Notes under the pieces: generated by a model | Seen by the model: the letters and a program-made list of their open reading frames with translations, nothing else | Databases searched by the model: none | What the model was told of the DNA's origin: nothing | Program-made: the position numbers and the translations under genes | Assembly (NCBI GenBank): GCA_021613535.1 | Contig: CP075497.1 | Coordinates: 9,052,001-9,116,000 of the forward strand | From: Adineta vaga | Lineage: Eukaryota; Animalia; Rotifera | Reading direction: 5' to 3' | Length of the DNA stretch: 64,000 nucleotides | Shown here: positions 11,794-22,019 of the stretch, one piece after another | Layout of the letters: each line of letters starts with the position of its first letter | Position numbering within the stretch: the stretch's first letter is position 1

Positions 11794-13111
11794 ATGATAG
11801 TACGATCATCGTTTATTAAATTAGTCATAACTGGTATTCTCATCTTTGGTATCGTTGTTATGACACTCAATGTTATTTCCTATGGTCGAAATATAAATGA
11901 TTTCGAATTTGTTGATGATAATAATGCTTATGTTATACCAAATCGAGATGGCGATACGTTTATTCGTATTAAAGCAGATGTTAAATCAAATAGTAAACCA
12001 AGTGTATTATATGAAGATGATGGGAAATCAGATATACTCGAAGTACGCATTCGAACTTATATGATTTCAATGAATCATGAACAGGTAAATCGAGAATAAA
12101 ACTTATCAGTACAAGGTTAAATTTATGCATAAATGTTTGTTAATTGGATGAAAGTTTTGATCTTGACAGAAAATAATCCGAATCTAATTATTTCTCTAGG
12201 ATCATAATGTACTTGTTCGTGAAGCTGGTGATGGAACTTTTAGTATTCTTCTACTTCATGGTCAATCATTTTCCTCGAAAACATGGGAAAAAATTGGTAA
12301 GATCGATAATAAATCTATTTTTATCTTATATTAACGATATGTATTTTAGGTACATTACAATATTTAGCAAGTTGGGGTTATCGAGCATTTGCTGTTGATT
12401 TACCAGGTGAACTAAAACTTTCATCTCTACTATGTTGTAGCTTACTTTTTGTTATCATGTCTATCAGGTTACGGTAATAGTTCTTTACCAGTCATTCAAG
12501 AAACCGCAGCTGTACATTGGTTAACACGATTAATTCGTGCACTTCGTCTTTCAAACTTTGTTATTATTAGTCCATCTATGAGTGGTCGTTTTTCTTTGCC
12601 TTATGTTTTACAATCTCATCTCAAACAACAAACTATACGTGGTTTTATACCAATATCTCCAATTGGAACAAATAATTTCAAACCTTTGGAATACAAAAAA
12701 TTAACAGTAAGTTTTGAATCTACTTAATAACAAAAGAAAAAAACATGAGTTGTCAATCATTTTTATTTCGAATAGATTCCAACTCTCATTGTCCATGGTG
12801 AACATGATACAAGATTTCAATCTGCTATTGAAACACTTAAACAAATACCTTCATATGAAATCTTAACAATAAAAAATGCCTCACATGCTTGTTATATGCA
12901 ACAACCATTAGAATTTCATAATGGTCTTCGACAATTTCTCTATACAGTCTATCGTCCTATTTATATTGAACAATATAAAAAACGTGTCGCATCATCCACA
13001 GGCGAATTAAATATAACAAACAGCTTGGATGACAACGAAAAGAACAAAGTTGGTATTGTTAATTCTACATCAGATAGAAAAAAACAACATCATGTCAAAT
13101 TATCTAAATAA
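11794..13111 (+). CDS. ABHD14: ABHD14-like alpha/beta hydrolase with N-terminal signal anchor
   Basis: 5 exons; LLLHGQSFSSKTW, GYRAFAVDLPGYGNS, IISPSMSGRFSLP (nucleophile Ser), PTLIVHGEHD, HACY. Confidence 0.9.
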
Positions 13112-15275
13112 TTTATACCAAAGAATATATTGATCTGGCTTCTCTTCATATATTTCAGCAATTCTTGATCAATCATGGATCGCCTTTTGTTAGTTTTGAA
13201 CGAAGAAATGAACATCTTCATTTGTTTATACGTTTGTTGAAATTTATAAATTTATTTTCTTGATGTTGATAAACTAATAGAATCGAATTTTGTTTATTGC
13301 AATTATAGACCCGTGATCTATGATGGTTGTTTTTTTGAGAAATAAAAATGAACATATGTTCGTACATCTTCTTAATTACTTATTAACAGTAGCTCTGAAT
13401 ATATTACATCACAGATTATAGTGTAAGTAAAAGAAGTATTTGCTTCAACTAATGTTTATGATAGATTAGAAGAGAAAAAGTGAATTGATTTTGAATGTTT
13501 TTATCATACGTAAACAAAAAGATTTATGGAAATGTATATGTTGGCGTCAAATAATGATTATAGGTCATAGTTATAAAACTATGAATATCAATGAATAGAT
13601 GTCTATTCGAACTGATGAATATCTAATCTAAAAATCCATTATTTGGTATATTAAGCTCTAAGAGATTTATTCAAGTTCTGAAACACTATGAATGTACTTT
13701 TGCAAAGAAAAAAGATGCTCGTCATTTTGAGATATATGAAATTTTCTTGAACAGTAAACAAGGGTCATAAAAACTGACTCGACACTTTTAATCAAAATCC
13801 TCTTTTCATAAAGACATTATTGTTAGACTAGAAAATTGAATTATCATTCTTGTTTTCAAAATAATAATCTAAAATTTGATTATTTTCTTTCTATTGTTTG
13901 TTTTCAATGTCATTCTATCTTCGTATTAATAAATAGTCAAGCCTTGAGAAATCTAAAATTAAATAACAGTAATCTTGCTTATGTTATGTTACATCCCCGA
14001 GAGTGTTATGTTGTTTTGAGTAATAAATCAAAGTTGTTTATGATTGACGACAAAACAAAGAATACTCTTCTTTTCGAGTCACTCAATACGTACAAAAGAC
14101 AGAAATATATAGATATATAAATATCGTAAGACGAATAAAAATAGCTCTGATCATATGAAGATATTCTTAATGTTATTTACAAAAAAATTATTACTAAACA
14201 TTCTTTGAATCAAAGTTATGTGATCAAGGCTTGAGAACAATGTTGTCATCTGATCGAATCCCATGCGTTGAATGTTGTCGTCTTAGTTCCTTCTTTAGTT
14301 TTTTTCTTCTCTTTCTGTTCGTCAGTTCTCTTCATTTTTTCCTTCTTCGTCCGCTCGTTCACCTCCAGACTTCAGCGAGGCTGTATGTTATGAAGAAAAA
14401 AAAAGTGGGATGTAACAGAGAATCAACTCGTGAGCGAATGTGTAGTGAGATCTCCCTTCTTTTCTTGCGCGTTCTTTTCTCTAACTATGAGCTTATTCGT
14501 TATGCCACTCGTCCATGTGGTCTCGTGCTGCTTTAGTAATATGAAAAAAAATTGCGCGCGTGATCTGTGTTGCCTCGACGCGTCAGTCCGACAATGAATG
14601 CATCAGACTTTCTTTTCTTTTAGTCGCGTTAGTGGAATCTAAAATAAAAAGAAACACGAGGATGTCCTTGAATACAAGCTGTACTTCTTGTCTGATGACA
14701 CACTCGGTAGATAGTCTATTAACGAAATATATATATATATATATGTATATAAATGCGTGCATAAAATTCATTTCGTTGTTAATATCGTGTTAGAGAATTT
14801 AAATGACAGATAATTTAGTAACATGAAATAAATTCTTCTCTTACTGTTATGTTATGTTGTTGCTATTAATCTCTTTGTTCGTTTTTCTTCCTGCTCTATA
14901 TGTACGTATGATGTCGATCATATGGACGAAAAGCACGAATAATACTTATGAGTAAAAAGACAATCCTTATTCTTTTCATTTATTCGTCTTCTTTCTATAC
15001 GTTGGTTTTTTTTCATTTTGAGCTCTTATGTAAGCTCACATACATACGTACATATCACACAAATACTAAACGATAGAGAGAAAGAAGAGCAGGTTATTTT
15101 ATTTGACCTTCGTTTCAAAATCAAACTTTCGTCGTCGTCATTGTCTGATCATATTCTATTGTCTTGTTTTGTTGATCACGTTAATAATAAAATATTATTG
15201 GATTTCGTTTATCTTTTCTTATTTTAGAAAGACAGAGAGAGAGAGTGTGTGTGCGTGTGTGTGATAGACATACAA

Positions 15276-16447
15276 ATGCCATTTATTGGACGAGATTGGC
15301 GTGCTGATGGTGAACAATGGACAAAAACTGAAATTGGTTCATGGGAACGACCAAGGCGACTTTCATTATCTAGTTCCGTATGTTAAAAGATTCTTTTCTT
15401 TCTTTTGATTACAATCATTTGCCCTTGATATAGTTACTTAACGTCAATTCAAGTTTATCCGATGTATTCAATGCACTTGAAATTGCTAATTCAGTTAGTA
15501 ATATTCGACGTTTTAATTACATTGCAAAAGTAAGATAGAAAGAATTGTTGTGATATCATTATATATGTATTTGATTATTGAAATGAAGGTTGTACAAATC
15601 TTATTCAAAGAAAAATTAGGTGAATTAAGTGGTAATGCTCAACGTTCTTTATTTCAAGTGATTGGTCGAATGATCGATATGGGTATGAAATTTCAATTTC
15701 TTCGATCATATAGATTTAACTTGATTTTTATCTAGTTCTTAAAACTGGCGATAATATTTCATTAATGCAACGAATTTTAACACAATTTCATAATTCAATT
15801 CATTCCGCGTATCCATTCTATTATTATATTGGTTCAGCTCCACTATGGCAACGACATATTGAAATGTTAACACGAATGCAAGATACTATCAAACAAGTTC
15901 AAACAAATATGATTAAAACAGATGAAGATACTAGTAAATTAACATTTGATTGTCTTCCAGTTGAAATGCAGCGGGAAGTTATACGACGTCTAGATAGTGG
16001 TACAGATATTGTCAATGTTGGAATGATTAATTCCAATATCTATCGAGTTTCTCAAGAATTATTAATTTGGCGTCAATTATGTCTTTATCATTTTGGTGGT
16101 GATACACAGAATAGTAATAATTCGAAATTAGGAGAAAAAATTCTTGGATTAATGCGACGACAACAAGATGATACTGATACAAATGATATTGACTGGAAAA
16201 ATGCTTATTTTCGATTAAAACGACAGTATGGTCTTCGAGAAGTTTATGCAGAAATGATACATCAATGTCAATTATGTAAAGGTCTTTATTGGCAGGTAAA
16301 TAATGTAAGATTAATCATTTAAAAACTTTCATTTTCTATTCTTTTTCTTTCTTCTTCTAGGATACCGATCATTCATGTCCGTATGAAACTCTATCACCTT
16401 CATCAATTCCAATAACACCAAGAAAACTTGTCACAATGTTAGTATGA
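15276..16447 (+). CDS. FBXO32: F-box protein FBXO25/FBXO32 (atrogin-1) family
   Basis: MPFIGRDWRADGEQW N-terminus, RRFNYIAKVVQ, LSGNAQR, F-box LTFDCLPVEMQREVIRRL, W..LC.YHF, C-terminal CQLCKGLYWQ..HSC...PITP; stop TGA 16445-16447; could equally be named FBXO25. Confidence 0.9.
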
Positions 16448-16646
16448 TTTTGAACATTGACAATTTGTTTTTTTTTCTTATTCTTCTTCTTCTTCTGTGC
16501 AATAATATACATATATTTTCTCCTTCACTTCTTCGGTGTATTTTTGTTTCTTAAATTAGCATCTTGTTTATGTGACAGTGTTATTTTGTAAATATCGTTT
16601 TGATTTTTCTTTTGGCTAAATAAACAGTACGAAATAAATCGAAAAA

Positions 16647-17618
16647 TTAAAGAAGTGGAAGAGTTCGAATAGGATCGGAAGAAAAACTATGTTTCGTTAA
16701 CCATTGACGAGTTCGAATTCGTTGTGAATATGCTAAAGATGATGGACAGAGAAGATTCGGTAGTTTTGGTTTGATTACTTCAATTGGTTGAGTCAGAGAA
16801 ATTTCAGGAGATGGTGGTAATTTATTAATAACAGTTGATGCAAGATTATTTTTCTGTAATTTTCGATCAGAAGTTTTCTTTTGTTTAGGAATGGTAGACG
16901 TTTTTGTCGACGAATTTCGTTTTTGTTGATTTGTCGATTTTGAAGGACGAGATGATATGATATTAGATGTAATTACTTTAGGTGGAGGAGGATCAATTCG
17001 GTAACCAACTATTTCACTTATTTGATTATAATCAGGCCATTTTTCATAAACTCTATGGGTTCGTTTATCAAGCGATGAAATCGAGGAAACACTTAAGCAT
17101 CTTTGTCGGTCGTGTTTTATTGCTGATAATGATCGATTACTGAAAATGAAAAATCAATTAACGATCTATGTATGTATATATATATATATATACATTTGAT
17201 TAAGATCATACATTTCTTGACGATCATTTGAAATTACACAAGGAGACTTCGATATATGACTTGTTAATTCTTTTATAATCGGTAGTGTGTTATTATCGTT
17301 GATGTCAAGTAATGGTTCGATTTCAAATGTTGATTTCGATTGTCGATATATAACAGAAGCATATTCAAGTCGAGGTATAGAATATTTAGGTGGATTTAAA
17401 GGACTTGGAGGAACATTTTTTGGTTGATGATTGACAGGTTTTTCAATAGAATAAGAATCAAATTGATGATTATAGATTTGTTTATGAACATTTTGAAGTC
17501 GATGACATTCATTAATCGTTGTTGTTAACTGATTTTGACGTTGTAAACGAAGATCATGTAGATGTTTTTTTGCTTGACTAGCTGTGATAATCGGTTTTGG
17601 ATATTCAACTTTTAACAT
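16647..17618 (-). CDS. Hypothetical protein, 2 exons (intron 17140-17211), Pro/Ser/Lys-rich
   Basis: ORF 17166..17618 splices in frame to a ~160-codon open exon ending ...YSQRIRTRQWLTKHSFSSDPIRTLPLL*. Confidence 0.7.
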
Positions 17619-18489
17619 AAATGGCGCTCATTAAAAACTTTGAATATTCTATCGAATCGGAAATAAAACCTCAAAGACAAATGATGTCGTTTAATTTCTT
17701 CGTCTTTTACAATATATTTGGAGATGTTAATCGAATGGTTTTTCTTTTATTTGCTTTTTTTTCTTCTTCGTCTTCATGATTACAAAGAAATTTTTTATTT
17801 CTCTCGCTTCATAAATATATGATTCTCATTTAACTGATGTTATAAAAGAGAAGAAGAAGAAGAGAAACTCAACTTTGAAATATATTTGATTTAAGCAAAA
17901 ACAACATCGTTGGTTTTGTTAAACATACGCCTGCTGAGATAATATTTGTAATTTGTAATTGAAGTGAAAGTTTCGATTAGAAAGATGTTTTTATTTGACA
18001 ACTTCGAAATTTAAAGTCAATAGAAGGAGTGTTTTTAATAGGCATTGTTTCTCTTTGAGAAAGGAAAATAGACATTGCAAAGTATTCAGTGACTTTAATA
18101 TTTATTTAATTGATCGGATTGTTTGAAAAGAATTTCTTGATAAAATCGATTGATGATTTGATTACTGTTGAAATGGGGGTGTTTTCTGTTATGAAAATAA
18201 ATCATTTGACTTTAGTAATTCTCGAGTCAACAATAGATTAGGTCTATTTATCGAGATAATAAAAATAGATCAATTTTCAATATAACAGAAAACAGAGCAG
18301 TAATGCTGGAGTGCATTCTTTAACTTAATATCGATTACAAGACCGAATTAGAGTCTAGAACAAAAATTACATAGAGTCGAAAAGTTTAACAAGAATTCTT
18401 TTTAATCAAAGAAAAAATATAGCACTACAATTGAAATTAACTATAAAACAAAGTAAAGATTAATGAAAATCGTAAAAAAACAATAGTTT

Positions 18490-18809
18490 TCATAATATAA
18501 ATTTATCCATTATGTTTTTGATAATATTCATGCTCTTCATCTATTACCAGATAATATGTAATTTAAATTGATTTTTACGTAAATATGAATAAAATAATAG
18601 AATCTTTTCGATTTAGTAACGATTGATATGTGAATGATCGTACTATTCAAGGTAATTTGGCATCAATTAGTGTAGAAATTGTTCAATTAACAAATGATAA
18701 TGTTGCTATAAAAAAATGCCACCATTAAAAACGATCCTCGTCTTACAGCACGATTATTGAAACGTTTGTTAATTTAATACGACTGGAAATGAATTGAGAT
18801 GGTTATTAA
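18490..18809 (+). pseudogene. Decayed tandem copy of the downstream amidase gene
   Basis: Aligns by eye to ~19420-19831 (HYVFDNIHALHLLP; SVEIVQLTNDNVA; ARLLKRF), same intron position (18558-18616), with stops, a frameshift and deletion of the KHQDWSGKNCP segment. Confidence 0.85.
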
Positions 18810-19207
18810 AAGTTACAAATATAAAGATACTGATAAAATCGGACGAATTGTTTTGTTCATCTAGTTATTCATAGCTGAAGTAGTGTCGTAATTTCTATGT
18901 TGTATCTAAGATTCTTACATTTATATTATTTCCAATTAATCATCTTCAAAAATTCAAATTTATCTTCTCTCACGTGACGCAATTTTTTGACTATTCCATT
19001 TCGATCAAATACGTTATTGCCTCGAGGATATAAAACGGGAAAAATGAATTGAAAACACCTCCATTGTGAAATCATATATGAATAAAAAGACAAGGATTAG
19101 TAAATCTTAAATCAATAGAGTATTTAATTAATTTTCTAGAACTATATAAATCTACAATCTATCCTACATACTGATAATTACTAACAAAAAGAAAACCGAC
19201 GATCGAT

Positions 19208-19831
19208 ATGCGTTTGGCTCTGGTATTTCTTGTATTTGGTTCTGTTCTTGGATTTAGTTCCGGTGCTTTGACTGTACTTCAACAGTTCCTCGATAAAACT
19301 GCTTATAATGTCAAATGGAAATATGGTACTGCACAAACAGTGAAATATATTACAATTCACAATACTGCTAACAAAGCATCAGCTCAAAATGAAGCTAGTT
19401 ATTTAAATAATCGTCAAGATAATCAATACATTTCATTTCATTATGTCGTCGATAATATCCATGCTATTCAATTGTTGCCCGCAACATGTAAGTCATCTAA
19501 ATATAATATGTTTTTAGGTAAATGAAGAGAAAATGTTTTCTTTAGTCATGGTTGGCACGCCGGTGATGGTAGTGGTGAAGGTAATAAAGCATCGATCGGT
19601 GTAGAAATTGCTCAATCAACAAATGATAATGTTGCTTTAAAAAATGCAGCTATTGAAAACGGTGCTCGTCTTGCAGCACGATTATTGAAACGTTTCAATT
19701 TTGGTACTGATCGTCTTCGTAAACATCAAGATTGGAGTGGTAAAAATTGTCCACATGATATACTCGGTCGTTATGGTTGGACAACATTTGTTAATTTAGT
19801 TCAACAGAAAATGAATTCAGGTGATTATTAG
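19208..19831 (+). CDS. Secreted N-acetylmuramoyl-L-alanine amidase (Amidase_2, Bacillus CwlA/XlyA/PlyG-like); probable HGT
   Basis: Signal peptide MRLALVFLVFGSVLGFSSG; ITIHNTAN, SFHYVVD, WHAGDG, SIGVEI, RKHQDWSGKNCP; intron 19488-19545; one base appears missing just before the donor. Confidence 0.88.
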
Positions 19832-20363
19832 AGTGAAGAAAAAAGAAACGCTAGACTTTTCATGGAAATTAATTAAGTTGTTAAAATATTTTGAAATAAA
19901 TATTGTTTTTGAGCGATATCAAAATTTCATTTTGAAGTTTAATGTTGTATTGTCGTATGTAACTACATAAATTGGAAAGGCTCACAAAGCGTAAATAAGA
20001 AGATAGAAGTACATATTGCTTAAAAAAGATCGTCTTTTGATAAGATGATTATTCTACTTTGTTTTCACCGTTACTATCGAAAGAACATAATCAATTTTGA
20101 TTATACATGCACTCATATTTAATGGACAACATTCGTTAATGCAATCCTATCAAATCTAGTGTGTATAACTAAGAAAAACCTAGATTGAATACTTAATATT
20201 ATAATATGATTTGCAAAAACAGATTTCATCTATACAAGACTTACGATAAGCAAATAAGGATTGTCTAGTCTAAAAAATTCTAGGGAAAATAGTAGATATA
20301 AATAAACGATTCTTCATTCTTACAAATTCAATTCTTATATTATTTTTATCATCAAAGAGAACT

Positions 20364-21845
20364 ATGAGCAACATAACTTTTCGTCACGGTGATAATGCTT
20401 GGGTAAGTAAAATGAAATTTAATATTTGTTTCTATTATAAATTCTTTTATCAAAATTTTTCTATTAGATGATGACGTCAACTGCATTGGTATATATGATG
20501 ACACCAGCATTAGCCTGCTTCTATGGTGGTTTAGTTGAAAGTAAAAATTTTCTAAATCAACTATTCCTTTCTATTGTTTGTATGGCAATTATACCTGTTC
20601 AGTGGTGTCTATTCGGTTATTCATTTGCATTTGGTCCGGGAAATTCTGTATTTGGTTCATTTGAATATTCTTTACAACGTAAAGCTAGTCTTATAGCAGT
20701 ATATGGTGAAAATGCTAATAATATCGATGGACTTTCTATACCATCGTTAACATTTGTAGCCTACCAATGCTCATTTGCAATTATAACACCAGCATTGATC
20801 AGTGGTGCTGTTGTTGGACGAATGAAACTTATTCCATATATGCTTTTCATATTTCTTTGGGCAACAGTTTGTTATGATCCAATAGCAAGATGGATTTTCT
20901 ATCCAGGTGGATGGCTTTTTCAAATCGGTAGTATTGATTTTGCTGGTGGTTTAGTTGTACATGTATCAAGTGGAATATCAGGATTAATTGCTGCTTTGAT
21001 CTTAGGTAAACGTGCTCAGTTTGATCCAGATGTCTTGACAACAGGTCAAACGAATCTTCCATATACAATTTTGGGTACGGGTCTACTTTGGGTAGGTTGG
21101 ATGGGATTTAATGGTGGTTCAGCATTATCTGCCGATGGTATGTAAAACAAAAAAAGATGATATTCAGATAGCAGCTTCTTGATTGGGTTCTTTGATAGGT
21201 ATCGCAGCATTAGCTATTGTTAATACGAATGTTGCTGCTGCATCAAGTATGACGATATGGATGATTCTTGATCTAATCAAAGGAAAGATAAGACAACAAA
21301 ATACTAGTTTTATTTCTATTCCAGGTGTTTGTTCTGCTACAGTAGTTGGATTAGTTGTTGTCACACCAGCTGCTGGCTTTGTTCAAGTTGGTTATGCTTG
21401 TTTAATGGGGTTTGTTGGTGGTTTTATTGTGTATATGTTTCTTGCTAGTAAAAAACGATTTTTTCGTATTGACGACACTCTCGATGTCTTCAGTTGTCAT
21501 GGTTTAGGTGGTTTTATTGGAACAATTTTAACCGGTCTTTTTTGTCAAAAGGATGTGAATAGTAATGGAAAGAATGGTGCCTTGTATGGCAATCCTATTC
21601 AACTTTGGCATCAACTCCTTGCAGTATTAGTAGTTTGTGTTTATTCAGCATTATGTACAACGATACTTCTTTTAACAATGCATTTTACAATTGGAATTCG
21701 AATAGATCGAATAGATCAAGTTCGTGGCTTAGATAATGTAGCTCATGGTGTAATTGAACACGAACAACCAGCAAGACTACAATCAATAAAGACGAAGAAA
21801 AGATCAAATTCGAATGCATTGGCAACAATTAAAATTGACAGTTGA
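20364..21845 (+). CDS. amt: Ammonium transporter, AmtB/MEP (Amt2) type
   Basis: 3 exons (introns 20403-20467, 21138-21198); GDNAWMMTSTALV.MMTPALACFYGGLV, FAIITPALISGA, DFAGGLVVH, LLWVGWMGFNGGS, DDTLDVFSCHG. Confidence 0.95.
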
Positions 21846-22019
21846 TTGGAAAATGTTTCTATTTTAAATTTTGTATCTAAGAATAAATCATATCGATCTA
21901 AACTAATAAATCTTCTTGGTTATTTTCTATGAAAAAATTAAAAATTATGATTACAGACATGAAATACATAAACATTGAAAGAAAGAACACGAAATCTTTG
22001 GTAATAAAGAAATAAGTAT

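Noticed and set aside
13510-13760. Two GTAAACA FOXO-type sites upstream of the atrogin-like gene
   Set aside because: Short AT-rich motif common by chance; cannot be supported without conservation data
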